This document shows positions 28,591 through 37,187 of a stretch of DNA of 60,512 bases, in pieces. Origin of the DNA: a virus (lineage: Duplodnaviria; Caudoviricetes); the IMG/VR virus record IMGVR_UViG_3300011335_000429, positions 1 to 60,512 of that record. One strand, written 5' to 3'. The notes beneath the pieces are model-generated. The model was not told where the DNA came from, did not search any database, and saw only the letters and a list, made by a program, of their open reading frames with translations. Positions within the stretch are counted from its first letter, which is position 1. Each line of letters begins with the position of its first letter. The position numbers and the translations under genes are program-made.

Positions 28591-29023
28591 GTGTAATTTT
28601 CCGTTTAATTTTAATTAAAATACGAGTTACTTCGATTAACTCTTGGGGTATGTCTTTTTTAGACATCGTAGTGCCTCGCGCTAAATACGCTTTTATGTAT
28701 TGAGAATGCAGTTCATCGCGTCTTTTTTTACAGCGCTCCCTCTCGTTTTTAGTAAGTCTTTCACGATACTTTTTTGCATATACAGCGTGTTCTGCTTTGA
28801 TTGTAGTTGGATTATTACGTACACGTTTACGCTGGCGTGATAAATAAGATTCCTTATTATCTATATAATGTTTTGCGCTTCGCACTGCAATTCGCTCTTT
28901 ATTTTTTTTATAGTATTCCGCGTTTGTTTTAATAATTCGTTCTCTATACTTTGCATAGTATCTAGCGCGTTCTGCTTTCCTATCTCCTCTTCCTGATTCC
29001 ATCATTTCCTCGCATAAGGACAT
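28574..29023 (-). CDS. AT-rich, highly basic protein with YYxxNKE-type repeats
   Basis: Resembles linker/DNA-binding parts of homing endonucleases but has no catalytic motif; start uncertain (about 29005). Confidence 0.6.
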   Translation of the reverse strand: MSLCEEMMESGRGDRKAERARYYAKYRERIIKTNAEYYKKNKERIAVRSAKHYIDNKESYLSRQRKRVRNNPTTIKAEHAVYAKKYRERLTKNERERCKKRRDELHSQYIKAYLARGTTMSKKDIPQELIEVTRILIKIKRKITHELSK

Positions 29024-29655
29024 TGTGGTTTAAAGCCGCACCAGTTGCACAATCCCGAAGGTTTGGCAGGCCAGTTGTCTGATTCCGATGCGCGGTACAC
29101 GCGGCGTATCTTCGATATGACTTCCTCCCACATTTTGTTAATGTCTTTCCGGTAGTAAATCTCCGTGTCAACCATCTTGCTTTGCGTCCAGATAAAGCCA
29201 CTGCGTACTTCTTCTACCTCCGGTTCGTGAGCAAACACCATTAACGCGCACAGCTTTAACTGGTCAAAGTCGTCTTTGTGTTTACCCGTCTTGTAGTCAA
29301 GCACCGCTGCAACCGTGGGGGATATGCGGATAAACAAGTCCAGAATTCCACGCAGCCACGCATCCGCTGCCATCCATTCCGTGGGTTTTAGTTCGTCGTT
29401 CAGGCATACTTTCCATTCGCACTTGAACTCGTACCCAAGGAATTTATTCATCGTGGGTTCAAAGTGCGTCAGGTAGTCGGGTAGCGGTCGCCCCTCAGTC
29501 ATGCGCAGTTCAAAGTCCTTGTGTACCCGCTCCCCCCATGTGGCGGCTTCGCCCTTAACGTCAGGAATGTCCTTCAGAATTCTTTTGTGGTAATACTGGA
29601 GCGCACAGTTATCAAAATCTTTTAGTGATGAATGACTAAAGGTTATTTTTTTCAT
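29002..29655 (-). CDS. PD-(D/E)XK exonuclease (RecB/Cas4-like)
   Basis: SHSSL...C, RGILDL, LDYKTGK, QLKLCA and CNWC...C motifs. Confidence 0.9.
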   Translation of the reverse strand: MKKITFSHSSLKDFDNCALQYYHKRILKDIPDVKGEAATWGERVHKDFELRMTEGRPLPDYLTHFEPTMNKFLGYEFKCEWKVCLNDELKPTEWMAADAWLRGILDLFIRISPTVAAVLDYKTGKHKDDFDQLKLCALMVFAHEPEVEEVRSGFIWTQSKMVDTEIYYRKDINKMWEEVISKIRRVYRASESDNWPAKPSGLCNWCGFKPQCPYARK

Positions 29656-29804
29656 TGCATCGTGGGTTTATGTATTTCGGGGGCGGCTGCGGCGGCGGTA
29701 GCCAAGTACACTGCTTGTACCATTTGAGTATGGTATGCGGCACGCTGGACTTTCCACCGGCGGTACTTCGCTTTCCACATCCTGCGCTTTTCAGTTTGGT
29801 TCAC
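29652..29804 (-). CDS. 50-aa hypothetical protein (not in ORF track)
   Basis: GTGA and ATGA overlaps with both neighbours; MNQTEKRRMWKAKYRRWK... Confidence 0.55.
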   Translation of the reverse strand: MNQTEKRRMWKAKYRRWKVQRAAYHTQMVQAVYLATAAAAAPEIHKPTMQ

Positions 29805-30058
29805 AGTGATCCCTTCTTTCCTTTCCGCCATGCGGCGTTGGTTGATTCGGATACGACACGCAAGTTTGACGGGGCATTGGTGCCACCATCCTTCAGCATT
29901 TTCTTGTGGTCAACTTCCTTGTTGTCCCCCTTGTGTACCGTACCTGCTTTCAATGCGGCATACCGAGCGCGGTTATTCGCTTCCCGTTTGTTTACCTGTT
30001 CCGGTTGTGCGTTGTACGCTTTCTGACTGGCTAGACGTGCTGGCGTTGATTTCAACAT
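29801..30058 (-). CDS. Small HNH-motif protein
   Basis: EVDHKK...GGTN...NLRVV...N; likely start MLKST after GGAG. Confidence 0.8.
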   Translation of the reverse strand: MLKSTPARLASQKAYNAQPEQVNKREANNRARYAALKAGTVHKGDNKEVDHKKMLKDGGTNAPSNLRVVSESTNAAWRKGKKGSL

Positions 30059-30082
30059 AGTAGTTCTCCACATTAAAAATGA

Positions 30083-31906
30083 TCATGAATACCTGTCACC
30101 CATCTCGCCTTCTGCAGCGACAGGAATGTCGGGCCACCAGTCAGGACTCGTACTCATTACCTTCACCCCGAAGGCAAGCGCGTCCTGTGCTTCATCGTCA
30201 CGAGCAAGGTACACCACCTCATCGTGAACCGCAAGGCATACGGGAAATTCTTTTGAAATGGTCAGCAACTGACCCATGACAACGTTCCGTGCAAACGCCT
30301 CACCCAAGTGCTGGACGACCTTGGAACCGTACAGGTAGACCTTCTTTCCGTGGGACGTAGTGCAATACCAGTCGCCCTTCTCGGAACGCCGCAAATCCCG
30401 ATACTTGAGTTCTAGGTGCGGTGCAACATAGATCGTTTCAAACCCCGTCCGTGCTAATCCATGCACATCGATAGCAAAACTCAGACCAGACGCAATCGCT
30501 TGCAGCATGTCATCACAGCGGTACCACAGCTTCGGTACGCTACGGTAGGTGGAGCGGTATAGGGCAACGATGCGCTGCGCTTCCGCGTCGATCTCAGCAG
30601 GGGTATCGCCCAATTTAGCGCCCCAGATACGGCAGGTTTCCTTGAATTTCTCCCACCCAGACCCGTATCCCAAGGACAGGTGGGCAATTTTCCCAACGAA
30701 CCTTTCAGCGGCGTCAGCTTTGGTGATCGTCCTGCCGTACAACTGGCTGGCAAACTCGCAGTACAGGTCGCGCTTGTCCCGCAATGCCTGAACCACATCC
30801 ACCTGCCCCGCCAGCATGTGTGTCACCCGCAGTTCGATGTTGCTGGAGTCCACCGCAATGATCTTGAACCCCTTGGGAGCCTTGATCGACTTGCGTAGCT
30901 TGCCTCCGCGCTTCATGTTCTGGAGGTTCTGCTTGTCTGACCCCCCCATCCGGCTGGTCATGGCAGCGAAATAGGACAGGGCCACCGGCAACGGGCCGCG
31001 TCTGGACATACCTAGGAAGCGTGCAGAGCGGGTTTCTTCGATGGTGGACTTCACCCCTAGACGCGCCGCCACAATACCAGCCACGAGGGGGTCTGAGTCT
31101 TCCAGCAGGGCGGTAAAGCCCTTGTCGGTCTTGCCGAAGGCGTAGGTCAGCACCTCGGCCCCGGCTGTTTCGGACTTGGCGACCGACACTTTCATCGGTA
31201 CTTCCACACCCATCGACTCAAGCAGCAGCGCCAGTTTGTCGTTGGACATGAGTACATCCTTGGGGGCGATCATCGCCACTTCATTCAGGATGCGTTCCTT
31301 GTCTGCGACGACCTCGGCGTGGTATTCCGCCAACATATCCGTATCCAGTTCAAGCAGTGGGGTGCAGAACATACGGATCACCCGGTCGATCAGCAGCAGT
31401 TCAAACTTCGGTGTAACTCCTGTCAGTTTGTTGTACAGCATCCACGTCAAATCGCTGTCGTTACAGCAGTACCTGCCGTACTGCGCAAGCGTTTCCACTG
31501 CGAAGTCGGGATAACGCATCCCACGCGCCATCACAACCTCCGTACCCTTTACACCGATCTCGTAAGCTGCGGCAAGTTTGGCAAGGCTGACACCCTTGGG
31601 GTTCCACGGTCGCGCCATCGACAGGGTATCCAGATACAGCGCAGGAATAATGCCGTAGTGGTGCGACAGGATAAACCCATCAAACATCGTGTTGTGACAG
31701 AGCAGGGCAAACTTCTGTGCCCCGAGCCAACCCATCAGTTTGGGTATCAGTGGTTGAGGAAACCACCGTGCAGTGCCGTCATTGATCTTGACACTTACGC
31801 CAATGGCTTCAAACCGCGAGTCACGGACATATTCCTCCGTGGTCATCTTCGACAAACTGTATTCGGTGTCGTAATACGTTTCAAAATCCAGCGTAATGAT
31901 GTTCAT
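30083..31906 (-). CDS. polA: DNA polymerase family A with 3'-5' exonuclease
   Basis: LDFETY, HNTMFD and YCCND exonuclease motifs; NLQN, DSSNIELR (motif A), RFVGKIAHLSLGYG (motif B), VHDE (motif C). Confidence 0.92.
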   Translation of the reverse strand: MNIITLDFETYYDTEYSLSKMTTEEYVRDSRFEAIGVSVKINDGTARWFPQPLIPKLMGWLGAQKFALLCHNTMFDGFILSHHYGIIPALYLDTLSMARPWNPKGVSLAKLAAAYEIGVKGTEVVMARGMRYPDFAVETLAQYGRYCCNDSDLTWMLYNKLTGVTPKFELLLIDRVIRMFCTPLLELDTDMLAEYHAEVVADKERILNEVAMIAPKDVLMSNDKLALLLESMGVEVPMKVSVAKSETAGAEVLTYAFGKTDKGFTALLEDSDPLVAGIVAARLGVKSTIEETRSARFLGMSRRGPLPVALSYFAAMTSRMGGSDKQNLQNMKRGGKLRKSIKAPKGFKIIAVDSSNIELRVTHMLAGQVDVVQALRDKRDLYCEFASQLYGRTITKADAAERFVGKIAHLSLGYGSGWEKFKETCRIWGAKLGDTPAEIDAEAQRIVALYRSTYRSVPKLWYRCDDMLQAIASGLSFAIDVHGLARTGFETIYVAPHLELKYRDLRRSEKGDWYCTTSHGKKVYLYGSKVVQHLGEAFARNVVMGQLLTISKEFPVCLAVHDEVVYLARDDEAQDALAFGVKVMSTSPDWWPDIPVAAEGEMGDRYS

Positions 31907-32088
31907 GTGCGTAAATCCTTTTGTATGTTCATCAATACACGATGGTCGCTGGGGGACACACTGATCGTGGCAGTCTTGCCTGTTGTGTGTTTACCCTTGA
32001 TATGTTTTCCTCGACTCTTGGTGAACTCCCACCCTCGCTCCGCTGCATCCTTCAAAATCTTTTTCAGTTCTTTGTTGTTGGTTAGCAT
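31903..32088 (-). CDS. HicA-like (dsRBD-fold) protein
   Basis: 61 aa; GW...GKH...H...T.S..PSD pattern. Confidence 0.65.
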   Translation of the reverse strand: MLTNNKELKKILKDAAERGWEFTKSRGKHIKGKHTTGKTATISVSPSDHRVLMNIQKDLRT

Positions 32089-32249
32089 TATTTTCCTGTG
32101 ATCCAGCTAGGTTGTTTTCTATCTAAACATCCTTGGCAGCGCCACGTTTTGATGCGCCCACCTCGGCCCTTGGCTACCAGCTTCACGCCTTCGTTAAGCT
32201 GGCACGATCCGCACAGCCCCGGCTTGCGTTCTTTCGGTACATTATTCAT
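32088..32249 (-). CDS. Small Zn-ribbon protein (not in ORF track)
   Basis: MNNVPKERKPGLCGSC...WRCQGCLDRK, two CxxC motifs; coupled to both neighbours. Confidence 0.6.
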   Translation of the reverse strand: MNNVPKERKPGLCGSCQLNEGVKLVAKGRGGRIKTWRCQGCLDRKQPSWITGK

Positions 32250-32419
32250 CAGATTTTATCTTTCCATGTTTTGTCTACTTGGGTTGTCATCGCAGCCCCC
32301 CACCCGGCCTTGAATGCTTGGTAATGTGATCCCTCGGTAGGGAAAATATATCCCGGCTTGACATTGCCACCGTATATATTTTTTTGAACCCACTTCTCCC
32401 ACGCTTCTTTCATCACCAT
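32249..32419 (-). CDS. Hypothetical protein
   Basis: EAWEKW...AFKAGWGAA motif typical of small phage proteins; start after GGAG. Confidence 0.55.
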   Translation of the reverse strand: MVMKEAWEKWVQKNIYGGNVKPGYIFPTEGSHYQAFKAGWGAAMTTQVDKTWKDKI

Positions 32420-32847
32420 GCTCCTGTAAGTATGCCGACCATCACGACCACGCCTGCGCCGGTCAGGATTCCCTGAACCCACATCCACGTTTTCCAGAGG
32501 AGGAAATCTTTTTCCGTGTAAACGCGGCACTCGTCCTGCACTACGTTCTTCATAGCTTCCTTATCGGTAAGCCGCGTTCGTCAATCAGCTTGGTGTTGAT
32601 GCCCAGTTCGATATGCTTGACGTACTTCTTGCCCGGCGGGATCAGCGTGGGCGGGTGGAACCAACTCGGCATTGCCGCCATACCTAGCTGCATGGGTGAC
32701 GGTGATGTGGGTTTTTTCCTAGACATTTAGTTTCCTCGTGTAAACAGGGCAAGGTAAATCCCTGCGGTCAGGCACAGAACAAACATGGCCCAGAGCGCCC
32801 AATCGGGCCACGGCTTCATTTGTCGGCCTCCTTTGCAATCGCAGCCA

Positions 32848-33438
32848 TCAGGCCGGATTCGCCCGGTTCTCAGGCTTGTGGTGGTCAACCGGAACGACAG
32901 TCCGAAGCGCCATTTTTGATTGCACTTCTTCAAGGCTCACCGGGAACCAGTCGTTCGGGTCAACACCAACGTCCATGCGGAGCGCACCCGTATCCTTGAG
33001 CGACCCGTGGCAATGCCCGTGAAGGTGCCAAGAGCCATGCGCCATTCCGTCCCATGAGAGGATTGGGAAGTGGCACAGGACAATCGGATGCGGAACTTTC
33101 TTCAGTTCGCCTTCGTCGTCCTGATACTCAATGTGCGGACGGATCAGGGCGTAATCGCGCATCGACTCCCATGCCAGTTTCTTGGCGCTCTGGTAGTCAT
33201 GGTTGCCTAGGATCAGGTGCTTGCGTCCAGAAAGCTGCGCGAAGATGTCCTGCGCCTTCGTAGGGCCGCAGAACGCGAAGTCGCCAACAAAGTAAACCTC
33301 GTCATCGCGCTTGATCCTGTGGTTCCAACGCTCGATCATGCCGTGGTTCATTTCCTCCACGCTCGTCCAAGGGCGCTGGCAATAGTCGATGATGTGCTTG
33401 TGCCAGAAGTGCGTGTCCGATGTGAAATAAACGCTCAT
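32848..33438 (-). CDS. Calcineurin-like metallophosphoesterase
   Basis: SDTHF, VGDF, GNHD, CHFP, HGHCH and DVGVD motifs; likely start MSVYF. Confidence 0.9.
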   Translation of the reverse strand: MSVYFTSDTHFWHKHIIDYCQRPWTSVEEMNHGMIERWNHRIKRDDEVYFVGDFAFCGPTKAQDIFAQLSGRKHLILGNHDYQSAKKLAWESMRDYALIRPHIEYQDDEGELKKVPHPIVLCHFPILSWDGMAHGSWHLHGHCHGSLKDTGALRMDVGVDPNDWFPVSLEEVQSKMALRTVVPVDHHKPENRANPA

Positions 33439-34127
33439 TTCGATTGCTCCTTCAGTTCTCGCCATTCCGCGCAGTTTGTTAGGAACCCGGCCTCACACTC
33501 AAAGCCGTACTCATCAATTTTCGCCAAGATTGCCCCCGTTGCGGATCGCGTCGCAATCAACTCGCGCTCTAGCTGACGGGCGAAAAACGCCGCGACCACA
33601 ACATCCGCATCCCCGTCGAGCCGCTCCATCCTGACCGTTGCCGCATCCGTTCTCGGCGTGTTGCTCATTTTTGCTCCTTCCACGCTTGCGCCCACGTTCC
33701 ACGCTTGTGCCCACGTTGCAACTCCCGTTGCAACTCCGTTGGTCATTTGATCGGCTACACGTTTTTCTGCCACAAGCAACTGCTCCAACAAACTGTCCCG
33801 ATCATGCTCTGCCATGCGCTTTGCGTTCTCGGCCCTCTCAGCCCTGCCTAGGTACTGCGGAAGGAGGCGCTGTTTGAGGTCTATAAGTTCACGTTCAAAC
33901 GCCTCAAGCATCTCAATCAACGGCCTCACCGCGCCGGGTGCAGATGACCCCAGCGACAGCCATCCCGCTTCCATCATCTTTACCACCGCGTCCGTGACGG
34001 GTGTGTCAACTGCCCCCCTTTCCACAATGCTTTCAGCAAGCATCTCAACTTCAGCCCTGTGCTTGGCGATCAACTCCCGGTTCTCCTCTCGCCGCGTTAA
34101 CCGCGCTCCTTCATCTTCGTTATCCAC
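33435..34127 (-). CDS. Hypothetical coiled-coil protein (possibly two fused modules)
   Basis: TPVTDA..FEREL and TPRTDA..QLEREL segments. Confidence 0.55.
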   Translation of the reverse strand: MDNEDEGARLTRREENRELIAKHRAEVEMLAESIVERGAVDTPVTDAVVKMMEAGWLSLGSSAPGAVRPLIEMLEAFERELIDLKQRLLPQYLGRAERAENAKRMAEHDRDSLLEQLLVAEKRVADQMTNGVATGVATWAQAWNVGASVEGAKMSNTPRTDAATVRMERLDGDADVVVAAFFARQLERELIATRSATGAILAKIDEYGFECEAGFLTNCAEWRELKEQSK

Positions 34128-34338
34128 CGTTCTTCTCCTTAATCAAAGCGTGTAAACAATCTTCAATGTTCGGGCCTACCGTGCTGTGTCCCCACATATC
34201 GTTACGCCTGACATCTATAGTCAAGTCGCCGTTGATGCTGGTCTTGAGCAGCCGTCCTATCTCAGCGCACGATGCCGTGAATTGTTTCGGTGCCTCGTCT
34301 GGTGGGCAGACCGTGAATGTGTAGGGTAATTTAGCCAT
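34120..34338 (-). CDS. Hypothetical protein
   Basis: MAKLPYTFTVCP start after AGGAG. Confidence 0.6.
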   Translation of the reverse strand: MAKLPYTFTVCPPDEAPKQFTASCAEIGRLLKTSINGDLTIDVRRNDMWGHSTVGPNIEDCLHALIKEKNGG

Positions 34339-34633
34339 TGTTCTTCTCCTTGAGTTTTGCTTCGATGGCATTGACGTAATCTATTGAGGCTATATCGTAG
34401 TTGTCCATCAATTCTTCTCCTTCAGCATCCGTCAGTCCAACCCACTCTTCCTTCTTGCTGCGTTCTGCGCGCTGTTGTCTGTAATGCCCCAACACATCCC
34501 GCAGTTCTGACTCCAGTGAATCAAGTAGTTCGTCAAATGTGTCGGCATGGCCTGTCGCTAAGTCAAACGTACCCATGATGCGTATCAGTCGTTCTTTTGC
34601 TTTAAGAAAAGGAAAGTTCATTTTCCGCTCCAC
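34331..34633 (-). CDS. Hypothetical protein
   Basis: C-terminal WVGLTD...AIEAKLKEKN motif. Confidence 0.6.
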   Translation of the reverse strand: MERKMNFPFLKAKERLIRIMGTFDLATGHADTFDELLDSLESELRDVLGHYRQQRAERSKKEEWVGLTDAEGEELMDNYDIASIDYVNAIEAKLKEKNNG

Positions 34634-34872
34634 CGTTCAGTCTTGTTGCTTGTTTTAGCCATTTGCCCGTCAATGTATTTGTCGAGCGAACTTTCAGACG
34701 ACATACTTTCTGCAAGGTAAGTTTCACGGCCCCCGGCATATTCTTTTCTAAGCCATCTGTACCTCTCCGCATCCTCCAGCAACTGCTCTGCCCATACGGT
34801 CACGCCTTCCTGCGCCGTTGCTAACTTAGCCGCATCAATCTCTCTGCACATTTCTAGTATTCTTTTATCCAC
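34618..34872 (-). CDS. Hypothetical protein (DAERYRWLR motif)
   Basis: GTG start after AGGAGG. Confidence 0.6.
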   Translation of the reverse strand: MDKRILEMCREIDAAKLATAQEGVTVWAEQLLEDAERYRWLRKEYAGGRETYLAESMSSESSLDKYIDGQMAKTSNKTERWSGK

Positions 34873-35086
34873 CGTTCTCCTCCTTATCACCAATCTTCAC
34901 GGACTCAAGGAACTCCGCCAACAAGTAGACGCAGGGCAGTATTAGGTCGCGGCAGATGGCATCGTGTACATCAGACTCAGTCATGCCCTGCGCTAAAAGT
35001 TTAAGCGCACCGAGTCGCTCGCTCACCAACACATCCAAGCGGTCGAAGTCGAGTCGTTTCACTTTTTCAATGTTGTCGTATTTCAC
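34865..35086 (-). CDS. Hypothetical protein
   Basis: Overlapping start/stop chain. Confidence 0.55.
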   Translation of the reverse strand: MKYDNIEKVKRLDFDRLDVLVSERLGALKLLAQGMTESDVHDAICRDLILPCVYLLAEFLESVKIGDKEENGG

Positions 35087-35388
35087 AAGTCCCCCTTACG
35101 CTTTTTATATTTCTGTGTATACCCGTCATTGCCCAGCCAACGGTCAAGCTGCGCCCTCCAATCCCTCACTTGATCTTCACAGACTAAAATAAGATAAGGA
35201 GTCCCGCGCTTGGTTGCTGCCCGTTCCATTTCTTCGTATGCAGCATCAAAACCCTTCCATTTGCCCAACTGATGCAGCGTGAGAACTTCATCCAAGTAGT
35301 ACCAATTCTCAATCGGTGTTGCTGGCGCGGGTTTAACGCGGGGCCAGTCTGCAAGTTCTTTGTCTATCTCTGCTGTTGATATTTTCAT
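35083..35388 (-). CDS. Hypothetical protein
   Basis: ATGA coupling at MKIST. Confidence 0.55.
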   Translation of the reverse strand: MKISTAEIDKELADWPRVKPAPATPIENWYYLDEVLTLHQLGKWKGFDAAYEEMERAATKRGTPYLILVCEDQVRDWRAQLDRWLGNDGYTQKYKKRKGDL

Positions 35389-35540
35389 TTCTTCACCCTC
35401 CTGACTGCAAGCACCTTCGGAACCCACCGGAACTTGTCCGGTAAAGGCTCTTTGAGTTTCGGAACCCTGTTCACCGGATGACCGACCCACCGGGTGTCTA
35501 GCCACTTGATTGCGGCTTCTAGTTTCTCGGCTTGTGTCAT
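35385..35540 (-). CDS. Hypothetical protein
   Basis: MTQAEKLEAAIKWL; ATGA coupling. Confidence 0.5.
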   Translation of the reverse strand: MTQAEKLEAAIKWLDTRWVGHPVNRVPKLKEPLPDKFRWVPKVLAVRRVKK

Positions 35541-35728
35541 TTCTGCGCCCTCGTATAGATCAGCCCTTCGATCATCTGCAACCTGCAAGCTGTGTCGATA
35601 AGGAACTCTTCAATCTCACCCCCCTTGCACTCCACGCAGTAAGCATCATCCGCAATGGCATCAACCAGAACAGTAATCTTGTCCACCGTCTTCTGGTTGA
35701 TCTTGGTCTTGAGTGTTCTTGGTTTCAT
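35537..35728 (-). CDS. Hypothetical protein
   Basis: ATGA coupling on both sides. Confidence 0.55.
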   Translation of the reverse strand: MKPRTLKTKINQKTVDKITVLVDAIADDAYCVECKGGEIEEFLIDTACRLQMIEGLIYTRAQK

Positions 35729-35982
35729 TTCAGTTCCTCCAATTCAATCAGCTTGTCCAAGTAGTGTCGCGCCTTCTTCAGGTCTTCGACCCCACCCTTG
35801 CTACGGTATCTCACGACATACTTGATTACGTTGCCATCCAGAAACCCGCAGTCCCATGCCGCGATAGCGTCCCACGGTTGCAGCTTCTTTTCCTTGTAGT
35901 GCGTACCACCTACCTGTGTATCGTTGGCAATCTTGTTCATTGCCTCGTCTTCTTCTGGGGTGACAGCGATAATTGGGTTCAT
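35725..35982 (-). CDS. DUF3310 (SaV-like) protein
   Basis: QVGGTHY, GNVIKYVVRY and KGGVEDLKKARHYL motifs. Confidence 0.88.
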   Translation of the reverse strand: MNPIIAVTPEEDEAMNKIANDTQVGGTHYKEKKLQPWDAIAAWDCGFLDGNVIKYVVRYRSKGGVEDLKKARHYLDKLIELEELK

Positions 35983-36119
35983 TTTTCTTCTCCTAGTTTG
36001 TCTAAGTTTGGTTCGTCTAATGCATCGTCCAACTTTCTAAAGATCGCCAGTGCCAGCTTGTTATCAGTCTTCCACGCTTCCCGTTCCAGTTCGCTCAACT
36101 TCATGTTGTCGTAGTCCAT
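35979..36119 (-). CDS. Small hypothetical protein (not in ORF track)
   Basis: MDYDNMKLSELEREAW...; fills the gap with coupled ends. Confidence 0.5.
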   Translation of the reverse strand: MDYDNMKLSELEREAWKTDNKLALAIFRKLDDALDEPNLDKLGEEK

Positions 36120-36370
36120 CATTCAATCCTCCATACACGTACACCCTGCTCCCACGGCTTACATACGAACTTCCATTCGGTCATCCGGGTGACGCGCCCC
36201 GCTGCTAATTCCATCCGCCTAAGTAGTACCGCAGGGGTGTCAGCCTCCGTCTTGGGAACGAAGAACGATTGCCCCACACCCAATAACTTGAACGGATACT
36301 TGGGCGGCGCACCGCGCCCGACTTTTTTGGGCGGGGTTATGTGTGAATCAATTGGAAATTCATTAGACAT
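36119..36370 (-). CDS. Small putative DNA-binding protein (KYPF..L.VGQSFFVP...GVRVWR family)
   Basis: Motif recognition; start MSNEF at 36370. Confidence 0.7.
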   Translation of the reverse strand: MSNEFPIDSHITPPKKVGRGAPPKYPFKLLGVGQSFFVPKTEADTPAVLLRRMELAAGRVTRMTEWKFVCKPWEQGVRVWRIE

Positions 36371-36791
36371 ACGCAGTCTCCCGATAGTTTTTTGGTATGT
36401 CATCCACCTCTTCCCACTCAACATCCGGCAGCGGCAGCACGACACACTGGGCAATACGCGCTTTTGGAAATACGGAGAAAGTCTCCTGCATATCGTTATG
36501 CACAATTACCCTGACTTCGCCCCGGTAGTTGGAGTCGATCAGACTAGGCGAGTTATGCACCGTGATGCCATGCTTAACCGATAGCCCGGTGCGAGGTACG
36601 ATAAACAATCCATACCCCGGTGGCATCTCAATAGCAATACCACAGGGAATGCTCTTGCGCTCACCGTATTCGACAATCTCATTGCGATTCAGACACGCAA
36701 ACAAATCGAACGCGCTGTCTCCGGGGTTCGTTCGCACTGGCAAAATGCTACTCCGAAATAATGCTTTAACTTTGATTTTCATAACCGGCAC
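36363..36791 (-). CDS. dut: Trimeric dUTPase homologue lacking motif V
   Basis: AFDL, PRTGL, IDSNYRGE and RIAQ motifs; C-terminal RGxGGFGSTG absent. Confidence 0.85.
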   Translation of the reverse strand: MPVMKIKVKALFRSSILPVRTNPGDSAFDLFACLNRNEIVEYGERKSIPCGIAIEMPPGYGLFIVPRTGLSVKHGITVHNSPSLIDSNYRGEVRVIVHNDMQETFSVFPKARIAQCVVLPLPDVEWEEVDDIPKNYRETAYV

Positions 36792-37166
36792 TCATGAAAT
36801 ACGCAGGATTTCGACACCATGTTTGCCCACACTGGACGTATAACTACCCTTACCCCAAAGCGCATGGCACTTGGCGGTCGCAACACTACGCATTTCATCA
36901 GGCGTACTACCGGCTTTGTACGGTATTGTGACTACATCTCCGGGTTTTACCCCCCCGAGAAGGGGACTAATATGATCGTTGTAGTACCCCCGCTCGTGTG
37001 TTAATACGCGAGTCCGTACCTTTTCCGTTTGTATTACAAGGTCGCCGTGTTCAGTACCGTCTGGTGCTATGACTTTGTACTTTGCTCCTGTTGCATTCAA
37101 CAGGCGAACCGCTGACGCGATAGTTTTACTGATGATTTCTGGTTGTGTAGTACCGTTTGTTTTCAT
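36792..37166 (-). CDS. Hypothetical protein
   Basis: GAGG RBS; WGKGSYTS...VEILR. Confidence 0.6.
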   Translation of the reverse strand: MKTNGTTQPEIISKTIASAVRLLNATGAKYKVIAPDGTEHGDLVIQTEKVRTRVLTHERGYYNDHISPLLGGVKPGDVVTIPYKAGSTPDEMRSVATAKCHALWGKGSYTSSVGKHGVEILRIS

Positions 37167-37187
37167 AGATTAAGTTCCTCGTGTAAG

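Noticed and set aside
29002-29655. Cas4 as evidence of a CRISPR system
   Set aside because: Stand-alone PD-(D/E)XK exonucleases are routine in phage replication modules.
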